Positions 1 through 9,372 of a stretch of DNA of 64,000 nt are shown one piece after another. Every line of letters begins with the position of its first letter. Positions within the stretch are counted from its first letter, which is position 1. The notes under the pieces are model-generated. The model made no database searches. It was given only the letters and a program-made list of their open reading frames with translations, and was not told the DNA's origin. Source of the stretch: a phage; sequence record OZ346167.1; one strand, 5' to 3'. The position numbers were made by a program, and so were the translations under genes.

Positions 1-2213
1 CTTTTAAACTAGAAAGATTTGTCCAGATTGCTGGTAGCAGCATGACGGGTGACTTAGGAATTGTCAAGTTACTTTATGGTGGTAAGGCAGTATTTGACCC
101 TACAGGTTCTTCTGAGATTACTATGGGGGATGTTTTAAAGGCTTTTAAAATCAATGCAAATGGTCTTAAACTAACTATTGCAGATGCTTCAAGGTCTGCA
201 ACTGTTTATCATACTCTTAATAAGCCAAGTCCTAATGAACTTGGGATGAGAACTAATGAAGAGAATGATGCAAGATATGCAAGACTTGCTGTTACAAACT
301 CATTCCAAGCTAAACAGAGTGTCGTAGCAAATGGTGAGCAGTTGACACTGAAGACCCCTGCGGGTGCAAGTGAGGCATACTCTGCTATTGTAGGTCGAAA
401 TGCCAATAATGATAAAACTTGGGCTGTTGGGAATCTAACTCAAGGAAGTCTTGATGTTCATCTCGAAAACAGCAGAGGTTCAAGAATCACTCTAGGTGCA
501 ATTGTGTCTGTTAATAAGGCTCTTGCTATTACTGGACAGGTTCAACCTTCTGACTTCTCTAACTTAGATGCTAGATACTTTACTCAGACAGCAGCTAATC
601 AGAGATTTGCGCAGCTAGTTGGTAATAACACATTCAGTGGTTTAAACACATTCAACCAACTAAGTGTTTTCAAAAAAGATGGTGAAGCAATTAGGCTACA
701 GAATGCCAATGCTGCACAACCATTGTACATTAAGGCGATTGATAGCACAGGTGTCAACAGATGGTACATTGGTAATAGTAACGAAGGTGATAACGTAGCT
801 CTAGAAAACTACAAAACTAGTGGCAAGATTACTGTAGGGACAAGTGTTAATATCAATAAAACACTAACTGTAACTGGTCAAGTTCAACCTTCTGACTGGA
901 CTAACATTGACTCTCGTTATGTTCTTATCGGTTCATACGCAAATCTTGCTAAGAAGAATGAAGCTAACACATTCACTTTACAGCAGAATATTCAATCTGA
1001 TGGTGAAGCATTAAGAATCTACAGCAAGGCTCAGAATAATTCTTCTTACATTGTTGGTAAGAATACTGATAACACAAATAAGTGGTTTATCGGTTGTGGT
1101 ACTAATGGTTCTGGTACGGCATCATTCCATAACTACTTGACTGGTGCAAGACTCGATTTAGCTGACGAAATTCTTCTGTCTAAATCTCTACAGATTACTG
1201 GACAGGTAAAACCTTCTGATTGGTCTAACTTAGATGCTAGATACTTCACTCAGTCAGCAGCTAATCAGAGATTCATGGTTGCAGGTTCTACAGGAGAAGC
1301 TACAGAGCAGAATGCAGATGGTGTGGCATGGAACGCTAAAACAGGCTTATATAATGTAACATCACCAAATGGTGATTACACATCACTTGTATTTCAAATG
1401 TATCAGGGAGTGTCCTCTTCTACTGCCTGTGCGCAACTAAAGTTCCAGTATAAAAATGGTGGGATGTGGTACAGAACATCTGTAGACAGTAAAGGTTTTG
1501 AGGCTAAGTGGTCTAAGGTTTACACAGAGGCTCAGAAACCAACCCCTTCAGAGCTTGGTGCATACACTAAAGCTGAAACTGACCAGAAGATTGCACAGGC
1601 AGTAAGTGACTCTACAGACCTTAACAAAATCTACCCAGTAGGCATTGTAACGTGGTTTAACAGTAATGTTGACCCTAATACAGCACTGCCTGGCCTAACT
1701 TGGACGTATCTGAAGAATGGTGTTGGTAGGACTATTAGAATTGCAGCAGCAAATGGTTCAGATGTTGCTACAACTGGTGGTTCAGATTCTGTAACGTTAG
1801 CTGTTGGGAACTTGCCTTCACACACTCACAGTTTTTCTGCTACCACTTCATCTTTTGACTACGGAACAAAAAACACTAACACGACTGGTGCTCACACTCA
1901 CTCTGTAAGTGGCTCTACTTCATCTGCTGGTAACCACAACCATTCCATTTCGTGGATTGGTCAGAACTCTACACACTACTCTGGTGGTGGTGGTGGTAGT
2001 ATTGGTGTAGGACCGGGTTACACCGATGCTAACGGTGCTCACACCCACTCCGTAAGTGGTACTGCCGCTTCTGCTGGTAACCATGCTCACAGTGTTGGTA
2101 TTGGTGCTCACAGTCATACAGTAAGTGGTAACACTGGTGGTACAGGTTCTGGTTCAGCATTTAGTGTTACTAACCAGTTCTACAAGTTAATGGCTTGGGT
2201 GAGAACTGCTTAA
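1..2213 (+). CDS. Tail fiber protein, distal/receptor-binding type; ORF is open to the window edge so the 5' end may lie upstream
   Basis: 723-aa ORF (42..2213) with repeated ITGQVxPSDxSNLDxRY motifs and C-terminal HxH repeats (GAHTHSVSG, GNHNHS, GNHAHS) as in T4 gp37/gp12 fibers. Confidence 0.75.
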   Translation, partial: FKLERFVQIAGSSMTGDLGIVKLLYGGKAVFDPTGSSEITMGDVLKAFKINANGLKLTIADASRSATVYHTLNKPSPNELGMRTNEENDARYARLAVTNSFQAKQSVVANGEQLTLKTPAGASEAYSAIVGRNANNDKTWAVGNLTQGSLDVHLENSRGSRITLGAIVSVNKALAITGQVQPSDFSNLDARYFTQTAANQRFAQLVGNNTFSGLNTFNQLSVFKKDGEAIRLQNANAAQPLYIKAIDSTGVNRWYIGNSNEGDNVALENYKTSGKITVGTSVNINKTLTVTGQVQPSDWTNIDSRYVLIGSYANLAKKNEANTFTLQQNIQSDGEALRIYSKAQNNSSYIVGKNTDNTNKWFIGCGTNGSGTASFHNYLTGARLDLADEILLSKSLQITGQVKPSDWSNLDARYFTQSAANQRFMVAGSTGEATEQNADGVAWNAKTGLYNVTSPNGDYTSLVFQMYQGVSSSTACAQLKFQYKNGGMWYRTSVDSKGFEAKWSKVYTEAQKPTPSELGAYTKAETDQKIAQAVSDSTDLNKIYPVGIVTWFNSNVDPNTALPGLTWTYLKNGVGRTIRIAAANGSDVATTGGSDSVTLAVGNLPSHTHSFSATTSSFDYGTKNTNTTGAHTHSVSGSTSSAGNHNHSISWIGQNSTHYSGGGGGSIGVGPGYTDANGAHTHSVSGTAASAGNHAHSVGIGAHSHTVSGNTGGTGSGSAFSVTNQFYKLMAWVRTA

Positions 2214-2292
2214 TCCCTTGTTGACTGATTGTTAAGATGGTGTTAATATTCTTTATGGGTATTCTCACCATCTTGGCTGATGAGGTGATTAA

Positions 2293-2487
2293 ATGCCTAC
2301 AATCCTAGCAATTCTTCTAAAAAATCTAGGTAGCTTCTTCTGGAAACTCATTTTATCCCTTCTAAGTGAATACATGATTGAGAAAGTGTTCTTTAAGCTT
2401 GCAAGATACCTTGCGAGTAAGACAGACACACCTATTGATGATGAGTTCGTAGATAACTTAGAAAAAGCTTTTAAGGGGGAGAAATAA
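2293..2487 (+). CDS. Hypothetical small protein, hydrophobic N-terminus
   Basis: 64-aa ORF directly after the tail fiber gene. Confidence 0.4.
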   Translation: MPTILAILLKNLGSFFWKLILSLLSEYMIEKVFFKLARYLASKTDTPIDDEFVDNLEKAFKGEK

Positions 2488-2859
2488 ATGAAGTGGCTAG
2501 AGGAAGCTTTTAAAAATAATATTGGTGCAATTGTAGTTGGTATTTTTAGTGTTATTGGGATGTATACCACTATGCAAGTTTCAAGTGGTAAGCAAGAAGT
2601 GTCTGTCACAACAAAGTTACAGCAGCTAGATAATTATTCCAAAAGTAACTATTCAGCTATTCGTGAATTACAGTCTGACATGAGACTGATTCAGCTAGGG
2701 ATGGAGAACCAGAAAGTTCAGTTAGAGAATGTTAAGGGTGAAAACGCAAAACTTACCAAAACTCTTGATAAATTCTCTGACAGTGTGAATAATCTGGCTC
2801 AATCAGTATCAGCCCTCCAAGCTATTACTGAGAAGAACACAAAGAATACTGAAAAATAA
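2488..2859 (+). CDS. Hypothetical membrane-anchored coiled-coil protein
   Basis: 123-aa ORF, N-terminal hydrophobic segment, followed by terminator. Confidence 0.5.
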   Translation: MKWLEEAFKNNIGAIVVGIFSVIGMYTTMQVSSGKQEVSVTTKLQQLDNYSKSNYSAIRELQSDMRLIQLGMENQKVQLENVKGENAKLTKTLDKFSDSVNNLAQSVSALQAITEKNTKNTEK

Positions 2860-2865
2860 AATTTT

Positions 2866-2899
2866 AAGGCTCCTTTTGACGGGAGCCTTTTTTGTTTTT
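2866..2899. terminator. Rho-independent terminator between convergent genes
   Basis: AAGGCTCC-loop-GGGAGCCTT hairpin followed by T-run. Confidence 0.6.
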
Positions 2900-3797
2900 A
2901 CTTACCTACTGACAAAGGTGCTTCAATCTTTCCTGCATGTTTGTAGTTGTTGATGCCACCAATAAAGTCACTTGCAGTAAGATGTTTTAAGTCACTTAAA
3001 GTGTTAAGTGGTACACCAATCTCAAAAGTAGGTGCATGGAACTCTTCGTTGTTCATCAGTTCATAAACCTGCTTCATATGATTCTGATAAACCTGAGTAT
3101 CCCCAAAGACACCTATCAAGTATCGTGGAGTGTATCCAGTCATCTTACAAAGAACTTCCAGAATAAAACCGTAAGATGCAATATTAAACGGAAGTCCTAA
3201 AAAGGTGTCTACAGAACGCTGATACCATTGCAAATCTACTTCACCTTCGTTAGTGATATAAATCTGAAACAGAACATGACAAGGTGCTAAAGCCATCGAG
3301 TTTGCTGCAATATCTGCTGCATTCCAAGCATTAACAATCATGTAGCGGTCTGTGATATCACCCTTCATCTTCGTTACTAAGGTCTCTAACTGGTCTACAA
3401 CACAACCATTATGACCTTCAAAGTTTCTCCACTGAACCCCGTAGATTCTCCCACCTGCATCTTCTAACCAATCTTGTTCAGAGGAATAGTTAGAGCTTAA
3501 CCAGCGTTTAAAATCATCTGACCAGATAGTCCAGCGTTCTCCATCATTTTCACCCCAAGTACGGTAACGGAGTTCACCAAGTTTATTTTCACCATTCAGG
3601 AACCATAAAGCTTCCCCGATAACTTGCCGTGTAAACACCTGTTTAGATGTTAAGAGTGGGAAACCAGTTCGCATATCAAAACGAAACTGAGGTGGAGCAA
3701 ATGCAGAGATAACATCTCCAGTTCGTGTAGTACGCAGTTCACCAACGGATAAAACATGGTTCAGGATATTTTTGTAACTTGAATCTGCTTGTGACAT
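2898..3797 (-). CDS. thyA: Thymidylate synthase
   Basis: 299-aa ORF with ThyA active-site context MALAPCHVLFQ and conserved blocks. Confidence 0.9.
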   Translation of the reverse strand: MSQADSSYKNILNHVLSVGELRTTRTGDVISAFAPPQFRFDMRTGFPLLTSKQVFTRQVIGEALWFLNGENKLGELRYRTWGENDGERWTIWSDDFKRWLSSNYSSEQDWLEDAGGRIYGVQWRNFEGHNGCVVDQLETLVTKMKGDITDRYMIVNAWNAADIAANSMALAPCHVLFQIYITNEGEVDLQWYQRSVDTFLGLPFNIASYGFILEVLCKMTGYTPRYLIGVFGDTQVYQNHMKQVYELMNNEEFHAPTFEIGVPLNTLSDLKHLTASDFIGGINNYKHAGKIEAPLSVGK

Positions 3798-3798
3798 A

Positions 3799-4344
3799 TC
3801 AAAAGTGTCCTTTTACTTGTGGAACATAAATTTCAAAAGTTGCTTTACCATCCTCTGATGGTTTTGACTGTACCTTTGTAAATACACGGTTATCATACAG
3901 CTTCTCAAAGAAGTTTTCAAAAGGTAAATACACAGTGGCCTCTTCAGTAACTTTATGGAAAACTGTATGGAAAACTACACCAGCATATGGTAAAGCATTG
4001 ACAAGGACACCTGCACCACCAATTACAAAGACATCTTCATCAATAGAGCTATCAAGATACTTCAAAAATGCTCCAAAGGATTCTTTGCTGGCCTTAGCAT
4101 ACATTACATCATCTTTGCCAAAATCTATGCCTAAATATGGTACAGAATTTGTTAAGATTAGGTTTGCACGTTCTGGTAGAGGTTTACTACCCAGAGTCTT
4201 AAAAGTCTCATTACCCATGACTACTAAGTTATTTTTAGTGAGTCTCTTAAACTCTTGCATGTCCTGTTTATGTCGAGGCCACGGCATACCAGTCGGTGTA
4301 CCAAATTCACCGTTTTCACCACTTGCAAATATTAGTTTAATCAT
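3799..4344 (-). CDS. Dihydrofolate reductase
   Basis: 181-aa ORF; N-terminus IKLIFASGENGEFGTPTGMPW..VVMGNETF typical of DHFR; adjacent to thyA. Confidence 0.85.
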   Translation of the reverse strand: MIKLIFASGENGEFGTPTGMPWPRHKQDMQEFKRLTKNNLVVMGNETFKTLGSKPLPERANLILTNSVPYLGIDFGKDDVMYAKASKESFGAFLKYLDSSIDEDVFVIGGAGVLVNALPYAGVVFHTVFHKVTEEATVYLPFENFFEKLYDNRVFTKVQSKPSEDGKATFEIYVPQVKGHF

Positions 4345-4601
4345 TTTGTAAACCCTTTCTTAATGAACCAGTTGATGACACTCTTCACAAATTTACTACG
4401 ATGGTAGATAAAATGTGGAGAGGGTTGGTATGAACCATAAGCCCAGAAAGCGATAATTTCATTACACCCTGTGCATCGGGTACTTTCTTCAGCAATATGA
4501 CCATTGACTATTTCACTTACCTCACCTTGTAAGTCTGTACACCCACAATGTGGACAACGGATAGGTGTTCCATCAGACTCATAGCAGTGTTCAATTTTCA
4601 T
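4341..4601 (-). CDS. Zinc-ribbon protein
   Basis: 86-aa ORF with CPHCGC...CTGC cysteine pairs. Confidence 0.5.
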   Translation of the reverse strand: MKIEHCYESDGTPIRCPHCGCTDLQGEVSEIVNGHIAEESTRCTGCNEIIAFWAYGSYQPSPHFIYHRSKFVKSVINWFIKKGFTK

Positions 4602-5117
4602 CTATTTAACCTCAAAAACTGGCTCAAGAACCAATATAAAGTCTACACAGTCATCTTCTTCATCCAGAATACCATCAAAGTTCTTAGGAACGAAGTCGAA
4701 GAGGCTCATAACAAAACAGTCAGAAGTGACCCTGATAGTTCCTCCCATGTTCTCTACAGTTAACACTGTACGACTTTCTTTTACCTCCCTCAGAAGATTA
4801 CTCACAAAGTCATCTAAGAAGTACTTCATCAATGACTTGAAACCTTTAGGGTAATCTGTACCAGAGTATGTTTCAATCTGTGGTACAAGCTTAACATTTA
4901 TACTAGTCTTTGTTAAGAACGTTTTAGAGAACATACTATCAGGTAACTTACAAATAGTCTTTCCAGTACCTTCATGTTCAATCTCAACAAAACCAGCTTC
5001 ATCGCCACACGTAACTATTTTAAAAGATGCTTCATTTTCATACTGTGAAGCCATAAACTTTTTAAGCATCTCTTTAAGGAAGTCTGCATGAGCATCTTGT
5101 AAGAAGATATCAATCAT
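4602..5117 (-). CDS. Hypothetical protein
   Basis: 171-aa ORF, tightly packed in operon. Confidence 0.55.
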   Translation of the reverse strand: MIDIFLQDAHADFLKEMLKKFMASQYENEASFKIVTCGDEAGFVEIEHEGTGKTICKLPDSMFSKTFLTKTSINVKLVPQIETYSGTDYPKGFKSLMKYFLDDFVSNLLREVKESRTVLTVENMGGTIRVTSDCFVMSLFDFVPKNFDGILDEEDDCVDFILVLEPVFEVK

Positions 5118-5130
5118 AGTTAATCACCTA

Positions 5131-5490
5131 TTATGGGAACAAGCACTTAATGTCGTCGTTTTTGAAAACAAAGCTTGTGTAGTTATGACCGTCAACATCC
5201 AGCCAAACAGCCTGAACATCTACACCATCAAGATTCTGGTAAAGCTCTTTGATGAAGTAGTCTTTCACAATCTGACTGCTAGTTGTTTCCAGCTTAATGT
5301 TCGAGATTGCTGAACCTACAGCCATATAGCCCATGACACGTTTCTTCTCAGTATGCTTAATCTTACCATCTTTGTAAGCCATAATGAGATTGGAAAGAAT
5401 CTTTACACCATAATACTTTTCAAGGTGAGTAGGTACACCATAAAAGCCTAATGCGAAGTTTTCAGAGTGGATAATGTTTTCACGTTTCAT
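5131..5490 (-). CDS. Hypothetical protein
   Basis: 119-aa ORF. Confidence 0.55.
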   Translation of the reverse strand: MKRENIIHSENFALGFYGVPTHLEKYYGVKILSNLIMAYKDGKIKHTEKKRVMGYMAVGSAISNIKLETTSSQIVKDYFIKELYQNLDGVDVQAVWLDVDGHNYTSFVFKNDDIKCLFP

Positions 5491-5491
5491 A

Positions 5492-5791
5492 TTAGTCTGC
5501 CAACCTTAAATTGAAATTAACACCAAATTTTTCACATACTTCCAACATATACTCAAGTGAAACATTCCCAGTGAGGTGGATTATGTTGGATACACGAGCT
5601 TGAGAGATACCACAAATTTTAGCAACTTGCTCTTGAGAAAGACCTCTGGATTTAATCTCTCTCTTAAAACGATGTGCAACGAAGTCTCTCATTTCGTCTA
5701 CATCCATTGGACAAATATAACTCTCCATTTCAGCCTCTCTATCAGCCTCCCAATCATCTTGTGGAGCATAAGGGTCAAAAACCTCATTCAT
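5492..5791 (-). CDS. HTH (XRE-like) DNA-binding protein
   Basis: helix-turn-helix segment LSQEQVAKICGISQARVSNI; start chosen at internal Met to avoid overlap with upstream ORF. Confidence 0.6.
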   Translation of the reverse strand: MNEVFDPYAPQDDWEADREAEMESYICPMDVDEMRDFVAHRFKREIKSRGLSQEQVAKICGISQARVSNIIHLTGNVSLEYMLEVCEKFGVNFNLRLAD

Positions 5792-5996
5792 CTTTCTTCT
5801 TCCGTTTGCGTGAAGTGTCAATCAATGAATCTATGTTTGTAGCCCTAACCTTTTCGCGTTCATCGTTAAAATAATCGTCAAGAGCCTTTTCAATCTGTGA
5901 ATCATCTTGACAGATAACTGTAAAGACTGTAAAGCCGTCTGTATCATCAATTATCTTACCATAGCCGCTTCTGGGATGTAACTTTTTAAGAGCCAT
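5784..5996 (-). CDS. Hypothetical protein
   Basis: 70-aa ORF. Confidence 0.4.
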   Translation of the reverse strand: MALKKLHPRSGYGKIIDDTDGFTVFTVICQDDSQIEKALDDYFNDEREKVRATNIDSLIDTSRKRKKKDE

Positions 5997-5997
5997 A

Positions 5998-6381
5998 TCA
6001 AATACCTGTGCAGCTTCTGTTTTCTAAGAAATACTCAACACCATACATAGCTTTTTGCATCAAATCCTCTTTAAACTGGATACGATGATTTAGCATAGCC
6101 TGTACATCAATATTATCAGGGTGCTTCTCTTTAATGTTTGCAGATTGCAAGAAGTACTCTGCAAGAACACGATACTGATAGTCAGTTACTTTATCAGTCA
6201 TCTCTGTCAAAGACTCTTCAGAGATTGGTTTAAGTAGCTCACCATTAGCTAGAGCAACACCTTTTACAATCTGGCAAGTATCCTCTGGAACACCTGATAA
6301 GTCCACATTTGGAAGTTCTGTTGCATTGACTGGTAAATTCATTGCCATAACCATTGCAGCAGCTAATAAAATCTTTTTCAT
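5998..6381 (-). CDS. Secreted/periplasmic protein with signal peptide
   Basis: N-terminus MKKILLAAAMVMAMNLPVNA is signal-peptide-like. Confidence 0.6.
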   Translation of the reverse strand: MKKILLAAAMVMAMNLPVNATELPNVDLSGVPEDTCQIVKGVALANGELLKPISEESLTEMTDKVTDYQYRVLAEYFLQSANIKEKHPDNIDVQAMLNHRIQFKEDLMQKAMYGVEYFLENRSCTGI

Positions 6382-6479
6382 AATGACCTCAAAGTTATAT
6401 TAAATTTTGTATTACATTGAGTATAAAAATAAGCTATAACACCTGACTTGTCAACAGATTTTATAGCTTATTTGGCAGA

Positions 6480-6910
6480 TTTTTTATAAGGCTACTGCCA
6501 TCCTTCCATACATTACCTTACCTCACCTGACCTGACCCTACCTAACATTACCGTGCCACACCTCACTTAAAAACCCTCTTAAAAGACTCTTAAGTGATGT
6601 AATCGAATTTTAATGTAGCTCCGATTAACTACCCATACCTTGCATTACTTCACCAAACCGTACATTACTTCACCAAACCATACATTACCAGACCATGCCA
6701 CACCTGTCCAAACTCAACCTCATTAAAAGACCCTGTTTAAAGACCTTTTAAAAAGGTAAGTCTCATTTTAATGTAGCTGAGACTAACTACCCATACCATA
6801 CCTTACACCGCCGTACCACACCGAACATCACCAAACCATACCAAGCCAGAGCCTACTGTACCATACCGAACATCACTTAAAAACCCTTTTCAAAGACTCT
6901 TAAGTGATGC
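6480..6910. repeat. About three degenerate tandem copies of a ~155-bp unit (CA-rich tract + inverted-repeat hairpin CATCACTTAA..TTAAGTGATG + TTTTAATGTAGCT..ACTAACTACCCATACC box)
   Basis: hairpin copies near 6561 and 6871 (related copy near 6715); box copies near 6607 and 6765; no ORF. Confidence 0.6.
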
Positions 6911-7123
6911 TGGTGAGTACCCGTTGGTTTATGATGCTCAGTATACTCACCAAATTTTCTATGTCAACAACTTTTATAAAAAAGTTCTGATAGCTATATG
7001 CGTCACGAAACAAAAGATTGTAAACAAGACACCCATTGCAAAAGATGTGTCCAAAAGCTTACTTGCAACGTATGACAATACAAAGACAACCAGTATAAAC
7101 AAAATGACTGTACTGAACATAGT

Positions 7124-8260
7124 TTACTCATAATCCCTAATAACTAGCCCAACAGGGAACTGTAAAGAACCCTTACGAGTCATCTTCTGGAACTGAACCG
7201 TTAAAGGTTTCCCGATAAACTCTTCAGGATGTTCAGCAAGATACTGTTTCTTCTCGTGTGTAGTTTTCCATGAAACATCTACAAAGACGTTAGGAAGAGT
7301 CTCTACAACGAACTTACCATGACCACGTTTATCAGTCTTTACACCAGTCACTTTAAACTCTTCAGTGTGCATCTTCTTGTGCTTAATCAAGAAGTATGAA
7401 CGGTGACAACACTCATAGAAGGAGTCTTCAGAGATTGAGCGGTACATTGCACCTTCAAACTTAGTTTCAACCCACTTATCATGAGCTTCATCAAACTCTT
7501 CCCAAGAATTTACACGGATAGTCTGCACAGGAACAACTCTACAGGTATCCCCAAGCTCAACAATAGGTGAGTTATCAATAACTTCACGACGCTCAGGCCA
7601 AGATTTTGAATTGTCACAGATATCATACCAGTAGAATTTAAGAAGGTGACGGTCTGGATTGTCAGCATTCTTAATCATAGATACAATATCTTCTAAGTCC
7701 CAACCATGAGCATAAATCTCACCATCAAAGTCTTCAACTTGTGGATGTAATTTAAGCAACAAAAGCAAATCTGGGATTAGTTCTGTTGGAACGTTGTAAA
7801 CAGTATTCTCACGAGAATAAGCTGTGAAACTGACTGAATCAGCATCTCTTGAAATTCTACAACGGACACCATCAAGTTTTGGTTGAGCATCAGCAGGGAA
7901 CTTCAGATACTTTGCATGACTAACCTTTGCAGCATCATGAGCAAGCTGTACACCTACCTTCTCAGTATTCTGTGCAGATTCTTTTGTGTAAGCATAACCT
8001 TTACGGTCAACTTGCTTTTTATACTTAGCAGCAACTTCAAAGAGAGCTTGCTGTTCAGCGTTACGCTCATTCTTTTTACCGATGTTTTTAGGTTCTGCTG
8101 TATACTCTTCAAACATCATCTTGCCATTTTCTTTACCATAGGTTGTAATAACTTTGTCACCTACAGCAACGCATGACCAGACGTTGAAAGAGCCATCTTT
8201 ATTTTGTTTGTATAGGATTGTCATTTTATTCCTCTGAGTGATACCAAGTGTTGCAAGCAT
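7124..8260 (-). CDS. ATP-dependent DNA ligase
   Basis: 378-aa ORF with ligase adenylation motif I (KLDGVR). Confidence 0.85.
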   Translation of the reverse strand: MLATLGITQRNKMTILYKQNKDGSFNVWSCVAVGDKVITTYGKENGKMMFEEYTAEPKNIGKKNERNAEQQALFEVAAKYKKQVDRKGYAYTKESAQNTEKVGVQLAHDAAKVSHAKYLKFPADAQPKLDGVRCRISRDADSVSFTAYSRENTVYNVPTELIPDLLLLLKLHPQVEDFDGEIYAHGWDLEDIVSMIKNADNPDRHLLKFYWYDICDNSKSWPERREVIDNSPIVELGDTCRVVPVQTIRVNSWEEFDEAHDKWVETKFEGAMYRSISEDSFYECCHRSYFLIKHKKMHTEEFKVTGVKTDKRGHGKFVVETLPNVFVDVSWKTTHEKKQYLAEHPEEFIGKPLTVQFQKMTRKGSLQFPVGLVIRDYE

Positions 8261-8417
8261 TACATGCGTAAAGCTCTAAGTCATTTTTATCCGGTTTATG
8301 AAAACAGTTTGCTCCGCAGTGGCAACGAAATGGCTTTCCACCAACTGTCAGGACGAAGGACTGAATCTTTCCATCAGGAGTTCGTACAGCATTTTTATGC
8401 TTATCTTCTTTGTTCAT
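8226..8417 (-). CDS. Small zinc-finger protein
   Basis: 63-aa ORF with CHCG..C...CNAC. Confidence 0.45.
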   Translation of the reverse strand: MNKEDKHKNAVRTPDGKIQSFVLTVGGKPFRCHCGANCFHKPDKNDLELYACNACNTWYHSEE

Positions 8418-8719
8418 TTCCTCTTGCCACCAATTTCTACGTCAATAACTTGAACATCACCAGCAACATCAAACTTATGAATGATGCTTTCCACAGTGTA
8501 AGTCCAACCATCAATGCGAACCAACTCACCTTCTCGTGGGACGATTGGATTACGTTGAGCTACCGTTGTAGTGGAGTGAACAACATCATAACAATAGATA
8601 TAGTTTACTAGGACTTCCATCGTGAAAACCTTACTCAATAACCGTAGTGTGTGATTGACCATTTTTGCCATAGCTATAAGATGTTGTTGTTTGGGAGTTT
8701 GGACATCTGACAACAACAA
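8414..8719 (-). CDS. Hypothetical protein (start uncertain; may begin at internal Met near 8620)
   Basis: 101-aa ORF overlapping upstream lipoprotein ORF. Confidence 0.4.
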   Translation of the reverse strand: MLLSDVQTPKQQHLIAMAKMVNHTLRLLSKVFTMEVLVNYIYCYDVVHSTTTVAQRNPIVPREGELVRIDGWTYTVESIIHKFDVAGDVQVIDVEIGGKRK

Positions 8720-8900
8720 TATCTCTGCTTATAGCATCACCATGTAACTTGTATACTCTGCAATCTTGCATCTCTGGTGGGAGGCTGTAAGAAGCATTTT
8801 TATCTTCATAAGAAGGGTTGCAGCCAGATAGAAAAATAACACCAAGCGCAATTACTGATTTCCACATAATACTTCCCCAGAGACTGTACATTTTCTTCAT
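8631..8900 (-). CDS. Lipoprotein
   Basis: signal peptide with lipobox LSGC. Confidence 0.55.
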   Translation of the reverse strand: MKKMYSLWGSIMWKSVIALGVIFLSGCNPSYEDKNASYSLPPEMQDCRVYKLHGDAISRDIVVVRCPNSQTTTSYSYGKNGQSHTTVIE

Positions 8901-9130
8901 AGCAACTCCAGAATATCAATACGCTCACCTTTGAGTACTCCAGTGCGGTCTTTTGCAATCTTACCGTCAACGATAAGGATGTGTGTAGACCTTAAAGCAT
9001 CGTTGTTAAAGGTTTTTACGAACTTGCTAGGCATGACTACAATGGACATCTCCTGAATTAACTCTGGAGTGTAGCAGTTATCATGAAGTTGCTGAATAAC
9101 GTCTGCAAGTGTCATTTTTGGTGTCTCCAA
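8897..9130 (-). CDS. Hypothetical protein
   Basis: 77-aa ORF. Confidence 0.45.
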   Translation of the reverse strand: METPKMTLADVIQQLHDNCYTPELIQEMSIVVMPSKFVKTFNNDALRSTHILIVDGKIAKDRTGVLKGERIDILELL

Positions 9131-9321
9131 TACTCAATATCAATAAGTTCTTGTGCAATACTTTTCAGATTACCTTTCAAGAAAACCTTCTCAGAACCTG
9201 AAAGAGATGAATTGTCAATTAACCTGCTCATTCTCTCAAACAACTTCTGTTTACGGTTCTTGATAGTTTCCTTTGAAGCACCTTTCATCATCGCTGCATG
9301 GGTTCTTCCACGGTGGCTCAT
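9112..9321 (-). CDS. Hypothetical protein
   Basis: 69-aa ORF. Confidence 0.4.
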   Translation of the reverse strand: MSHRGRTHAAMMKGASKETIKNRKQKLFERMSRLIDNSSLSGSEKVFLKGNLKSIAQELIDIEYWRHQK

Positions 9322-9372
9322 AATCCCTCCTATATAAGATATTGTATAAGGTACTCTTCCATGAGCACCTTG

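Noticed and set aside
209-2117. Minus-strand ORFs 209..406, 1631..1825 and 1920..2117 inside the tail fiber gene
   Set aside because: Antisense shadow ORFs within a well-supported long CDS; no RBS; low-complexity translations mirroring the His/Gly repeats.
3935-4351. Plus-strand ORF 3935..4351 (138 aa)
   Set aside because: Lies antisense within the DHFR gene, whose conserved motifs support the minus-strand frame.
6924-7133. Plus-strand ORF 6924..7133 (69 aa)
   Set aside because: Starts in the repeat region, overlaps the ligase 3' end on the other strand, has no RBS and a low-complexity translation.
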